This document shows, in pieces, positions 46,721-56,238 of a DNA stretch of 64,000 nt. Each line of letters opens with the position of its first letter. Position 1 is the first letter of the stretch. The position numbers and the translations under genes are program-made. The notes beneath the pieces were generated by a model. It was given only the letters and a program-made list of their open reading frames with translations, was not told where the DNA came from and did no database searches. The DNA is from an uncultured Candidatus Bathyarchaeia archaeon (GTDB taxonomy: Archaea; Thermoproteota; Bathyarchaeia; TCS64). The DNA is taken from assembly GCA_964529745.1 (NCBI GenBank), contig CAZGZR010000001.1, forward strand, positions 5,590 to 69,589. Reading direction: 5' to 3'.

Positions 46721-48873
46721 GCGAGGAAGAGGCACCCAAGATTGGGGTGTTCCTCTGCCACTGCGGAACCAACATAGCTGGGGTGGTAGACGTGCCCAGC
46801 GTCGCCGAGTACGCCCGCAAGATACCGGGGGTACACTACGTCGAGGAGAATCTCCACACCTGCAGCTCCGAGGGCATCAACCACATCAAGGAGGCCATCG
46901 TGAGGGAAGGGTTGGAGAGGGTCGTCGTAGCCGCGTGCACCCCCCGAACCCACGAACCATTGTTCATGGACGCTGTGGAGGAGGCGGGGCTCAACAGGTA
47001 CCTCTTCCAGATGGTCAACGTACGCGAACACGACTCATGGGTCCACGGGGACAGGGAAGCCGCGACGGCGAAGGCTAAACAACTGGTCCACATGGCCGCG
47101 GCGAAGGCGATGTACCTGGAGCCTGAGGAGAGGAGAAAGATCGATGTCACCCCCACATCCCTCGTGGTGGGGGCCGGCGTGGCCGGGATGACCGCCGCCC
47201 TCGCCTTGGCGGAACAGGGTTTCCAGGTCATATTGGTGGAGAAGGAGAGCGAGCCCGGGGGCCTGGTGAAGAAGCTGCACGACCTGTCTCCGACCCGCCA
47301 AGACGCCGAGGAGTTCCTCGAACCCATGATCGCCGCGGTGCGAAGCAACGACAAGATACAGCTCTACACAGGGTCAAGGGTGGTGGATGTCAGCGGATTC
47401 ATAGGCCATTTCAGCGTGGGGATCCAGACCAACCAGAACCATCTCTCCACCGAGGTGGGCACCATCATCGTGGCCACCGGCGCAGAGGTCTTCGTCCCCG
47501 AAGGATACTATTCCTATGGTGAGACACCCAACATAGTAACACAGCTAGAACTCGAGGAAAAGCTCCGTGAAGGCTCGTTCAATGTTCCAGACCATGTGGC
47601 GTTCATCCAATGCGTGGGCAGCATGGAGGAGAAAAGGAGAACGTACTGCTCCAGAATATGCTGCGGCGTGGCGCTGAAGAACGCCATACGGCTGAAGGAG
47701 CTTAACCCAGACTCGGACATCCACATACTCTACAGGCAGCTTCAGGCATACGGAATAGAGTTAGAGGAACTATACAGGGAGGCCCTAAACAAGGAAGTCA
47801 AGTTCATCAACTATATCCCGGAGAAGCCGCCGGAGGTATCAGCTCAGAGCGGCGCCATCAACCTGAGGGTCTACGACACGCTTAAGGGATCAGAGATAGA
47901 GCTGCAGCCAGGCCTGATCGTCCTCTCCACCCCCCTGGTGCAACATGAGGAGGGGCGAGCCCTGGCTAGGCTGCTGCGGGTCCCGCTGGGCTCAGACGGT
48001 TTCTTCCTCGAGGCGCACCCCAAGATGCGGCCCGTCGACTTCTCGTCTGACGGCATCTACCTCTGTGGGACGGCTCACGCCCCCAAGAACATAGCGGAGA
48101 GCGTCACCCAGGGATACGCCGCGGCCTCACGGGCGGCAATACCCATGAGGCTTGGCGAGATCAGCGTAGACGCCGTCACCGCGGTCCTCGACCCGGAACT
48201 CTGCGTAGGATGCGGGGCGTGCGCCAGTGGATGCCCCTTCGACGCCATAGAGTGGTTGCCTTCGGGGAAGCCCCACGTGGTCGAGGCCGCGTGCAAAGGC
48301 TGCGGCGTCTGCACCGTGGAGTGCCCCGTCGGCGCCATGCAGCTGAGATACTTCAAAGACAGCCAGCTGATGCCCGCCGTCAAAGCCCTCACGCAGCAGG
48401 AACCATGGATGGAGGCAGAGGACTCCTCGAACCCGACGGTGCTTGTCTTCGCGTGCAGGTGGTGCAGCTACGCCGCAGCCGACTTCGCAGGCGTGATGAG
48501 GCTAAGCTACCCGGCCAACGTCCGAATACTCATGGTGCCATGCTCCGGCAGGGTCGACTTCAGACACATCTACGAGGGACTCAGCAGAGGCGCCGACGGA
48601 GTAATAGTGACAGGATGCCTCAAGGAGCAGTGCCACTACATAGACGGCAACCTCCTCGCCGAGAGGAGGGTGGAGGTAGCGAAGAAGGCCTTAGAGGTCC
48701 TGGGCATAAGCGGCGACAGGCTGGAGATGTTCTTCTGCAGCGCCGGTATGCCCAGGGAGTTCGCGGAGTACATGCGGAGCTTCACCGAGAGAATCAAGCG
48801 GCTTGGGAAGATCGAACGCGAGACCGTCCGGGCGTTCAAGGAAGTAGAGTTGGCGACAGCGGCTGGAGGGTGA
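46717..48873 (+). CDS. hdrA: heterodisulfide reductase subunit A fused to MvhD (methyl-viologen-reducing hydrogenase delta subunit domain)
   Basis: 718 aa. N-terminal IGVFLCHCGTNIAG. FAD motif LVVGAGVAGMTAAL. Ferredoxin CVGCGACASGCP...CKGCGVCTVECP. C-terminal approx. 140 aa (VLVFACRWCSYAAADFAG...VMVPCSGRVD) is MvhD-like. Confidence 0.85.
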   Translation: MSEEEAPKIGVFLCHCGTNIAGVVDVPSVAEYARKIPGVHYVEENLHTCSSEGINHIKEAIVREGLERVVVAACTPRTHEPLFMDAVEEAGLNRYLFQMVNVREHDSWVHGDREAATAKAKQLVHMAAAKAMYLEPEERRKIDVTPTSLVVGAGVAGMTAALALAEQGFQVILVEKESEPGGLVKKLHDLSPTRQDAEEFLEPMIAAVRSNDKIQLYTGSRVVDVSGFIGHFSVGIQTNQNHLSTEVGTIIVATGAEVFVPEGYYSYGETPNIVTQLELEEKLREGSFNVPDHVAFIQCVGSMEEKRRTYCSRICCGVALKNAIRLKELNPDSDIHILYRQLQAYGIELEELYREALNKEVKFINYIPEKPPEVSAQSGAINLRVYDTLKGSEIELQPGLIVLSTPLVQHEEGRALARLLRVPLGSDGFFLEAHPKMRPVDFSSDGIYLCGTAHAPKNIAESVTQGYAAASRAAIPMRLGEISVDAVTAVLDPELCVGCGACASGCPFDAIEWLPSGKPHVVEAACKGCGVCTVECPVGAMQLRYFKDSQLMPAVKALTQQEPWMEAEDSSNPTVLVFACRWCSYAAADFAGVMRLSYPANVRILMVPCSGRVDFRHIYEGLSRGADGVIVTGCLKEQCHYIDGNLLAERRVEVAKKALEVLGISGDRLEMFFCSAGMPREFAEYMRSFTERIKRLGKIERETVRAFKEVELATAAGG

Positions 48874-48877
48874 CGGC

Positions 48878-49699
48878 GTGTACAGGATAACAAAGAAACA
48901 TGATATACCGCCAAACATCAAGATGTTCAAGGTATACGCACCAGCCGTGTCGAGGAAGGCGGAGCCAGGACAGTTCGTAATAATCAGAAGCCACGAGAGA
49001 GGCGAGCGAATACCAATTACGATAGCGGGGAAAGACCCCAATGAAGGTACAGTCACAATATACTTCGCCGAGGTAGGCGTCTCATCCAAGGAGCTTGGAG
49101 CCCTAGGTGAAGGAGACACGATACTCAACTTCTCTGGCCCCCTCGGAAACGCCATTACTGTAGAGAAGTATGGAGAGGTTCTCTGCGTCGGTGGAGGAGT
49201 ATTCCAGGGAGCTAACCACTATCTGTCAAGGAGGCTCAGCGAGGCAGGTAACGAGGTAACCAACATCATCTGTGTCCCAAGCGAAGACCACTTGTTTCTC
49301 TTGGACGAGATAAAGAACGCAAGTAAGAACGTGCTAATAGCCATCGACGAAGCTGAAAACGGAGCCGGCTTACCGGAGTTATTGGAGGGAGCGTTCAAGG
49401 AAACTCACTTTGACAGAGTCTTCACGTTTGGACCCACCTCCATGCAGAAGCTGGTAGCAGAGACAACGAGGCCGCTGAACATCCCCACCAGGGTGAACCT
49501 CTTCCCTATAATGGTGGACGGCACAGGGATGTGCGGAGCGTGCAGGGTGACGGTGGGCGGAGCGACTCGCTTCGCCTGCATAGACGGCCCAGAGTTCGAC
49601 GGCCACCAGGTCGACTTCGACGAGCTCATCTCCCGGATGAGGTACTACACCGCCCAGGAGAAGATCGCCATGGTTCTCCAGGAAAGGAGGATCGTTTGA
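48878..49699 (+). CDS. NfnA/SudB-like ferredoxin:NAD(P) oxidoreductase small subunit (FNR-like with C-terminal [2Fe-2S])
   Basis: 273 aa. FAD/NAD FNR-like fold. C-terminal cysteines GMCGACRV...FACIDGPEF. Confidence 0.7.
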   Translation: MYRITKKHDIPPNIKMFKVYAPAVSRKAEPGQFVIIRSHERGERIPITIAGKDPNEGTVTIYFAEVGVSSKELGALGEGDTILNFSGPLGNAITVEKYGEVLCVGGGVFQGANHYLSRRLSEAGNEVTNIICVPSEDHLFLLDEIKNASKNVLIAIDEAENGAGLPELLEGAFKETHFDRVFTFGPTSMQKLVAETTRPLNIPTRVNLFPIMVDGTGMCGACRVTVGGATRFACIDGPEFDGHQVDFDELISRMRYYTAQEKIAMVLQERRIV

Positions 49700-51099
49700 T
49701 GGCCTTCGACGTCCCACAGGTGGAGATGCCAAAGCAGACACCGGAGGAGCGCGTAAACAACTTCGACGAGGTCGCGCTCGGCTACACCGAGGAGCAGGCC
49801 ATCCAAGAGGCGTCCAGATGCCTCGGCTGCAAGAACCCTCAGTGCATCAAGGGATGCCCGGTCGACGTCGACATCCCGAGTTTCATACAACTCATCAAGA
49901 CAGGAAACTTCGTCGAGGCAGCCACCAAGATCAAGGAAACCAACGCCTTGCCAGCCATATGCGGCCGCGTTTGCCCGCAGGAGAACCAATGCCAGAAACA
50001 CTGCGTCCTCGGCGTAAGAGGCGAGCCTTTGGCAATCGGCAGACTTGAGCGGTTCGCCGCAGACTACGAAAGAAAGCACGGAGAACCCTCAAAACCTGTT
50101 GAAGGCAAAAAACTTGGCCGCGTGGCCGTCGTAGGAGCGGGACCCGCTGGCTTAACGGTGACAGCCGAGCTTCTGATGAAAGGCTGCGACGTGGAGGTCT
50201 TCGAGTCCCTCCACGAGGCGGGTGGAGTGCTGATGTACGGCATACCGGAGTTCAGGCTGCCCAAAGCCATAGTCCAAGCGGAGGTAGACTATGTTAAGAG
50301 CCTGGGGGCAAAGATACACCTCGACGCCACAATAGGAAGACTCCACACAGTTTCAGAGCTTTTCGAGAGAGGCTTCCAAGCGATCTTCATAGGGAGCGGC
50401 GCGGGGCTCCCCAGGTTCATGAACCTACCCGGAGAGAACCTCAAGGGGATCTACTCGGCCAACGAGTTCCTGATCAGGACCAACTTGATGAAGGCGTACA
50501 GGTTCCCAGAGTATCGGACCCCCATCACGGTGGGCAGGAACGTGGCGGTCATCGGCGGCGGGAACGTGGCCATGGACTCGGCTCGGTGTGCCAAGAGATT
50601 GGGCGCCGAGGAAGTCTACATAGTGTACCGGAGGGGCAGAGAAGAGCTCCCCGCGAGGGAGGAGGAGGTAGAGAACGCCGAGGAGGAGGGCATAATATTC
50701 AGGTTCCTCACAAACCCAGTCGGGTTCATCGGCGACGACAGAGGCTATGTCACTCAAATGGAGTGTATCAGCATGAAGCTGGGGGAGCCAGATGAATCTG
50801 GAAGGCGACGGCCCATAGCTGTGGAGGATTCAGAGTTCCTCATGGATGTAGACAACGTGGTGGTGGCGATAGGGCAGACTCCTAACCCAATCATACAGCA
50901 GACCACTAAAGGATTAGAGGCAACTAGATGGGGCACCATAGTCGTTGACGAGGATACGATGAAGACGAGTATCGACGGCGTATACGCCGGCGGGGACGTG
51001 GTGAGCGGCGCAGCAACTGTGATAAGCGCTATGGGAGCAGGCAAAAAGGCTGCTAGAGCCATCCTCGAGTATCTGAACAAGTCTCACTCGGCGACGTAA
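49699..51099 (+). CDS. NfnB/SudA/GltD-like NAD(P)H oxidoreductase (glutamate synthase small-subunit family)
   Basis: Start at the ATG overlapping the nfnA TGA (ATGA). N-terminal [4Fe-4S] pair (CLGCKNPQCIKGCP; CGRVCPQENQCQKHC). Two Rossmann motifs (VAVVGAGPAG; VAVIGGGNVAMD). Confidence 0.8.
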   Translation: MAFDVPQVEMPKQTPEERVNNFDEVALGYTEEQAIQEASRCLGCKNPQCIKGCPVDVDIPSFIQLIKTGNFVEAATKIKETNALPAICGRVCPQENQCQKHCVLGVRGEPLAIGRLERFAADYERKHGEPSKPVEGKKLGRVAVVGAGPAGLTVTAELLMKGCDVEVFESLHEAGGVLMYGIPEFRLPKAIVQAEVDYVKSLGAKIHLDATIGRLHTVSELFERGFQAIFIGSGAGLPRFMNLPGENLKGIYSANEFLIRTNLMKAYRFPEYRTPITVGRNVAVIGGGNVAMDSARCAKRLGAEEVYIVYRRGREELPAREEEVENAEEEGIIFRFLTNPVGFIGDDRGYVTQMECISMKLGEPDESGRRRPIAVEDSEFLMDVDNVVVAIGQTPNPIIQQTTKGLEATRWGTIVVDEDTMKTSIDGVYAGGDVVSGAATVISAMGAGKKAARAILEYLNKSHSAT

Positions 51100-51341
51100 C
51101 AGGTCGTCGTGGATATTATGCCGTATAGATTTCTAATCTTGTCAAGCACAATGTCCTGCAGCAACTCTATGTCGTCGATCTCGACTTCAACATACATGTC
51201 ATAAGGCCCGTAAATGTAGTGGGCTTCCTTGACCCCTTCTATGCTTAGTATCTCTTTCTTTAGCATATTCTCTATCCTTGAGTCTACTCTAAGAAAAACC
51301 AGAGCCCTATGAGGGTCTAACTGGTTAAGGCCGTCACGCAT
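51084..51341 (-). CDS. stand-alone Lrp/AsnC C-terminal ligand-binding (RAM) domain protein
   Basis: 85 aa. ...HYIYGPYDMYVEVEIDDIELLQDIVLDKI... typical of the AsnC-type effector domain. No HTH. Confidence 0.55.
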   Translation of the reverse strand: MRDGLNQLDPHRALVFLRVDSRIENMLKKEILSIEGVKEAHYIYGPYDMYVEVEIDDIELLQDIVLDKIRNLYGIISTTTCYVAE

Positions 51342-51550
51342 TCTATTATGGTATAGATCTTCGCGTTATTGGATGTATTGAAGTCATAATTGTACGCGTT
51401 TCGTATAATTCTAGGAATAACTGTGTGTTCCGCATTATTAAAGTCCCGTAAAAACGCTCTCGAAACGAGACATATAAATACTATAAATACTATAATTATT
51501 TTAAAAGAGAGCGAAAACGTAGATTACATGATCGTGTAAAACTAACGCCA

Positions 51551-52033
51551 ATGATCCACGTTCTCTTTAGAGAGAAGAGAAAGAAATTGCGGATAGATCG
51601 ACTGGATCTACAGATACTTAGATCTTTAAGTAGAGATGGCCGCAAACCATTTAGAGAAATCGCTCGAGAGCTAGATGTAAGTGACGCTACTGTACGGAAA
51701 CGCGTCAGACGGATGCAGAAAGACGAGATCATAAGACAATTCCATGTGCTAATCAACTATGACAAGATAGGTAACTTCATCAAGGCTTTCATAGGGCTTA
51801 ACGTAAGCCCCGTGAAAATACCAATTATTGTTGAAGAACTCATGAAGTACCCAGACATTCAAGTAATATACAGAACCACGGGGGGGTGGGACATCTTCGT
51901 CGAAGTCGTTTTTAAAGATATGCGGGAACTTAAATGGTTTATAGAGAATAAGCTGAATTTCGAAGGTATAATCAGTACCGATGTAAACGTGGTAATAACA
52001 CCATACAAACGGTGTCCATGCACAAACATCTAG
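51551..52033 (+). CDS. Lrp/AsnC family transcriptional regulator
   Basis: 160 aa. N-terminal HTH (LDLQILRSLSRDGRKPFREIARELDVSDATVRKRV) plus C-terminal RAM domain. Confidence 0.8.
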   Translation: MIHVLFREKRKKLRIDRLDLQILRSLSRDGRKPFREIARELDVSDATVRKRVRRMQKDEIIRQFHVLINYDKIGNFIKAFIGLNVSPVKIPIIVEELMKYPDIQVIYRTTGGWDIFVEVVFKDMRELKWFIENKLNFEGIISTDVNVVITPYKRCPCTNI

Positions 52034-52149
52034 AGCAGTCATTTAACGAGTTTACGATCAACAGAGCGCTCACCTCTAACCCATCTTCAGTCTCCACAAT
52101 CACATAGTTACTAAGTGAGAATGCAAAGAACCGCGCGAACCTAAACACT

Positions 52150-53190
52150 TTACACCTCTCTCCTTCTGACCACACGGTCCTCAAGGCTTGACAGGAGTAT
52201 CATGTCCAGCGTGGCCTGCAGCGCCAGCATCTCCCCGGGCGCGGTCAGCGGCGCCTCGCCACCCTCGATGCATTCCACGAAGTGCCTCATCTCCTCCAGG
52301 TAAGGGTCGGTCTCCTCGTACGCGATGGGGACATCCACCCCGCCGTCCATGTACAGCGTCATGGTCTCCAGGTCCAGCCCAGCCTCATCCCCCAGCACCC
52401 TCACCGTGTACCGGGGCCCGGGCACGTGGGCGGCCCAGCTCACCTCGAAAACGACGGTGACCCCGCTCCTCATCTTCACCAGCGCCGCCGCAAGATCCTC
52501 CACGTCATAGTAACCATCGAAGTCGTGGACGCCCCACTCGCCCAGCCCCCTCCTCTTCGGGCCGAGCTTGGAGTAGCTCGACGCCAGCACCCTCTCGGCC
52601 TCGAAATCAGACATCAGCCAGCACGCGTTATCCAGGGCGTGCACCCCGATGTCGTATATAGGGCCGGCGCCTGCAAGCTCCCTCCTGGTGAACTGGCTCC
52701 CCCACCCGGGTATCCCGCTCCTCCGCACCCACTCGGCCCTAGAGTAATACACCTGCCCCAGCCCGCCGCCGTCCACGATCCTCTTGGCGGCCATGGACTC
52801 CCCGGTGAACCTCTTGGTGAGCCCGATGAGCAGCCTCCTGTCGTTCCTCTCCGCGGCCTCCACCATACGCTCCGCCTCGGCGAGGCTCGTGGCCATGGGC
52901 TTCTCACAGAGGACGTGAAGCCCAGCCTCCATGGCCTCCACCGACACCCTCGAGTGCATGCTGTTGGGCAGGCAGACGACCACCGCATTCAATCCCTCGT
53001 GCCCCAGCATATCAGAGACATCCGAGTACAGCGACCCCGATGACAGCCCCGCTTCCGCTCCGAACCTCTCCCGAGGCCCGGGGCTCCTGTTATAGGCCGC
53101 CACGATCTCCGCGGAGCCCAGCGACTGGATCGCCCTCAGATGGTACCACGAGATGCTGCCACACCCGATCACGCCGATTCCGACAACCAA
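52150..53190 (-). CDS. Gfo/Idh/MocA family NAD(P)-dependent oxidoreductase
   Basis: 346 aa. MVVGIGVIGCGSISWYHL Rossmann N-terminus. EKP motif (VLCEKPMA). Confidence 0.85.
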   Translation of the reverse strand: MVVGIGVIGCGSISWYHLRAIQSLGSAEIVAAYNRSPGPRERFGAEAGLSSGSLYSDVSDMLGHEGLNAVVVCLPNSMHSRVSVEAMEAGLHVLCEKPMATSLAEAERMVEAAERNDRRLLIGLTKRFTGESMAAKRIVDGGGLGQVYYSRAEWVRRSGIPGWGSQFTRRELAGAGPIYDIGVHALDNACWLMSDFEAERVLASSYSKLGPKRRGLGEWGVHDFDGYYDVEDLAAALVKMRSGVTVVFEVSWAAHVPGPRYTVRVLGDEAGLDLETMTLYMDGGVDVPIAYEETDPYLEEMRHFVECIEGGEAPLTAPGEMLALQATLDMILLSSLEDRVVRRREV

Positions 53191-53291
53191 AACCGCAACC
53201 AGTTATACATATACCCTGGAATAATAAAAAATGAAGGAGGGTCAAGTAAAGCTTATATGTAAATACAAATCGTATATACAAGATGTAACAC

Positions 53292-53516
53292 ATGTCCTCC
53301 GTTTCTGTCAGAGTCGAAGACGACCTTAAGAAGGAGATGAGCGCCCTAGACGTCAACTGGTCCGAGTACATACGCGAGGCCATAAGAACCAAGATCGCCG
53401 CAGAGAAACGCAGGAAAGCCGGGGAACGACTCCTCACGAGCCTGGAGAAACACGAGCACACAGTTCCAGACGGATTCATAAACGAAGTTATAAAGACAGC
53501 AAGGGAAACCCGATGA
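53292..53516 (+). CDS. vapB: VapB-type antitoxin
   Basis: 74 aa. MSSVSVRVEDDLKKEMSALDVNWSEYIREAI. Confidence 0.5.
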   Translation: MSSVSVRVEDDLKKEMSALDVNWSEYIREAIRTKIAAEKRRKAGERLLTSLEKHEHTVPDGFINEVIKTARETR

Positions 53517-53986
53517 CGCGATACCTACTAGATGCCAGCGTCGCAGCAAGGTTCCTCCTGACGGAGTCCCTCTCCAAGGAGGCAGCCGCCGTGCTCCGCG
53601 ACTACATCGAGGAACGCATAGAGCTGGCGGCCCCGGACATCCTAGCTTACGAAGTCGGTAACGCCCTATGGAAAGCCGTGCGAGGCAAACACGTGGAGCT
53701 GGACGCCGCCACCGAGAAACAGTGGGACTTTCATAGCCTGGAAATCCCCACGGTGGAGCTCGACGGCGGTGACCATCATGACATCTTGGAATGGGTCCAT
53801 ACGCGAGACGTCACCTACTACGACGCCGCCTACGCAGTCGCGGCGAAAAAACTCGAGGCCACGCTCCTCACAGCCGACAACGAGCTGCACAGAAAATCCT
53901 CGGATGGACAACCGACACAACACCTAAAGGACTACTTCTCAGAACGGCCCACGAACCAAGCAGCCAACGTGAGGCCAGCCGCGTAG
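53513..53986 (+). CDS. vapC: PIN-domain toxin VapC
   Basis: 157 aa. YLLDASVAARFL and YYDAAYAVAAKKLEATLLTAD PIN motifs. ATGA overlap with vapB. Confidence 0.7.
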   Translation: MTRYLLDASVAARFLLTESLSKEAAAVLRDYIEERIELAAPDILAYEVGNALWKAVRGKHVELDAATEKQWDFHSLEIPTVELDGGDHHDILEWVHTRDVTYYDAAYAVAAKKLEATLLTADNELHRKSSDGQPTQHLKDYFSERPTNQAANVRPAA

Positions 53987-54081
53987 CGCTACTCGTATAA
54001 AGCAGGAATAATTGCCACAATCACCAATAGATATTGATGCCGTACGTATTTACGAACTTTAATCCAACTTGAAAAAAGGTG

Positions 54082-54603
54082 TTAATATTTTATGTTATGA
54101 GTGGTCCCGCTCAGCGTACCAGTCAACGCATGATCTTTGGTAATCTCGATGACACGAAACCCATAATCTAGCCAGTGCCAGTAAGGCCGAAGCGTCACAG
54201 GATCATGGTGCTTAGCATGCACCATCAGATCCACCCCGAGGACGCAGGTATCACCGCTTATAGTAACGTTGTGTACCTCCGCGAAATAGTATTTGAAGTG
54301 GTCAACGGTCCCAACGGCCTGGTCATACTCGTGGGCGCCCTCACCACCCAGGTTCAACTCCCTGTAATGTGAATGAAACACGACCACATACTCGTCGCCA
54401 ACCATTCTTACCTCGATGTTCCAGTGTCCACCCAGTATCTCCGCATGGGGATCTGGTGGAAGGTACTCATCCCAGCTACCTTGAGCCTTGTACACGACCT
54501 TGTTCTTAGCCGATACGGGTGCCACGAGCATCATCGAGACTAAGACTACACTGAAAAGAATCAACGACTCTCTCTTCATAAACACCATACAACCGTGAAA
54601 CAA
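54082..54603 (-). CDS. secreted hypothetical protein (signal peptide)
   Basis: 173 aa. MKRESLILFSVVLVSMMLVAPVSA is signal-peptide-like. His-rich mature part. True start probably the third Met (about 54579). Confidence 0.45.
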   Translation of the reverse strand: MFHGCMVFMKRESLILFSVVLVSMMLVAPVSAKNKVVYKAQGSWDEYLPPDPHAEILGGHWNIEVRMVGDEYVVVFHSHYRELNLGGEGAHEYDQAVGTVDHFKYYFAEVHNVTISGDTCVLGVDLMVHAKHHDPVTLRPYWHWLDYGFRVIEITKDHALTGTLSGTTHNIKY

Positions 54604-54726
54604 TCAATAATGTGACAATAGCGTCACTGGAACGCCCTCATACGAGTAACAGACACGGGCTTCTTGGTCGCCCTCCTCAGAGGCGACCATGAAACTAGTA
54701 TAATACGGTTCTACAGGGCGATCTTC

Positions 54727-55122
54727 TCATTTCCACTCCTTTATATCTATGACCTCCAACCAGGGGGTTCCCAGTATCTGTTGGTGGTCTTCCGACTCCG
54801 GCTCCAAATCAGTTATACAGAGGTGCCAATGATCAGGATAAGAGCCGTACTTGCCCTCCATGATGACCGCCTTGTAAGTGTAACCAAATATATCCCTTAG
54901 ACGTTGTCGTATGACTGGGGTCTGCGTCACCCATGAGAAGTCGTATGATATGTGTGGCGGTATATCCGCTAGATGCCTTTTGAGGATCAGCATCACCCTC
55001 TCATGGTGTCCCTTAAGGTCTCTCGTCCTGATTATCGCGAAGTGTTCGTCTTCATATAACACGTTCTCGGGCTCTCTCTCACATATACCACATAGAGGGC
55101 AACCCTCTACTCTTTCCTTCAT
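54727..55122 (-). CDS. HIT-like domain protein (degenerate histidine triad H-x-H-x-C)
   Basis: 131 aa. CPLCGICE...VLYEDEHFAIIRTRDLKGHHERVMLILKRH parallels the HIT N-terminal region. PDHWHLCI sits in place of HxHxHxx. Confidence 0.4.
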   Translation of the reverse strand: MKERVEGCPLCGICEREPENVLYEDEHFAIIRTRDLKGHHERVMLILKRHLADIPPHISYDFSWVTQTPVIRQRLRDIFGYTYKAVIMEGKYGSYPDHWHLCITDLEPESEDHQQILGTPWLEVIDIKEWK

Positions 55123-55286
55123 ACTTCTCTCCCCACCCTTATGCAGGCGACGCGCACGCGTTCGCCCTATATAGCATCTCGTCGAAGGGAATAATAGCTA
55201 TATCGAAACCTTAACCGTCGTCTATTCTTAGAAGTTTATGGAAGGAACTCTAACTGCTGGATCAGTGAACCATATACCCTATCACC

Positions 55287-55742
55287 ATGAACAGGGACCT
55301 TACCCACGGGGGACGCGGCTGCATGCCTGCCTACGATCTGGGTGAGGTGATCAGAAACCACGTCTACGTGAGACAGGTATACTCAGCTGACAGAAGAGAG
55401 GCGGGGGACTGCCTATTCTCGTCGAAGGAACTGCATGGAAAGCTAGCGGCCATATACGACAGGCTCGGCGTCGAGCCGCGGACCGAGGACGAGCTAGGTG
55501 TCGTCGTCAAGCTGCCGAGAAACCAGAACCCCATACTAAGGGATTGGTGGCACCCAACAACCATAAAGTGGACGGACGAACGGCCCCAAGTGATGAGGCT
55601 GGACAGCCTCGCCGGATGCCTGAGAAACGAGGCCGTGCTGGCGACGAGATCATGGATAAACAGGTTCGAGTCCAAGCCGGGGGACCAGGTCATCATCTCC
55701 CCCTGCTTACCGGTCCCCGACTTGAGCCAAATATGGAGATAA
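55287..55742 (+). CDS. hypothetical protein
   Basis: 151 aa, no motif. An equally long antisense ORF exists (55364-55867), so strand is uncertain. Confidence 0.3.
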   Translation: MNRDLTHGGRGCMPAYDLGEVIRNHVYVRQVYSADRREAGDCLFSSKELHGKLAAIYDRLGVEPRTEDELGVVVKLPRNQNPILRDWWHPTTIKWTDERPQVMRLDSLAGCLRNEAVLATRSWINRFESKPGDQVIISPCLPVPDLSQIWR

Positions 55743-55799
55743 CGATGGAGACCAGTTAGATCTCCTTCTCGGCTATCTCCTCCCACATGGCCAGCCTCT

Positions 55800-56147
55800 A
55801 TGAAGCTAGTCACCGATAACCCGTTCCAAGCCTCCACGGCCTCGTCAGGATCGAAGACGTACGCCATGTGGTCGTCGCATCCCCAGACGGTGGCTGAACT
55901 TTATATTCAATCCCGTGCATGGTCTCCCATGTCGAGCGACGAGTTAAAGGAGATTCTCGAGGACAGCATCCACCTCGCAGCCACGGTCGTGAACGAACAC
56001 TTCGGCAGCATGGAAGACATCAGAGAAGAGAACCAAGACAGGGAGGAGGTCGAGTACGTGAAGGAGATGAAGATCAGGACCTACGATACCCTGCTCCAGG
56101 AACTCATCAAATGGAACCTAAACAACGAAACACTGTTAAACGAGTAG
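55800..56147 (+). CDS. hypothetical protein
   Basis: 115 aa. Acidic, helical C-terminal half. Confidence 0.3.
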   Translation: MKLVTDNPFQASTASSGSKTYAMWSSHPQTVAELYIQSRAWSPMSSDELKEILEDSIHLAATVVNEHFGSMEDIREENQDREEVEYVKEMKIRTYDTLLQELIKWNLNNETLLNE

Positions 56148-56238
56148 CAGTCCACACCCCTCTTTTTTTCTTCGGCTCACCAAGCACTCATTTTTATCTC
56201 ACGCCGTTTTCATGAGTACCGCGTAAAAGGGATACGGT

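Noticed and set aside
45325-47354. Several 140-170 aa ORFs antisense to hdrA-like and hdrA/mvhD
   Set aside because: No motifs. The sense strand carries unmistakable FAD/ferredoxin signatures.
48210-49155. 226-aa and 154-aa ORFs overlapping the hdrA 3' end and nfnA
   Set aside because: Arg-rich out-of-frame or antisense translations.
52282-53043. 253-aa ORF antisense to the Gfo/Idh/MocA gene (and 52188-52460, 52614-52988)
   Set aside because: High-GC antisense artefacts.
55364-55867. 167-aa minus-strand ORF overlapping the hypothetical gene at 55287-55742
   Set aside because: Neither strand has motifs. Retained the plus-strand ORF because it has an ATG with clean upstream spacing, but the choice is weakly supported.
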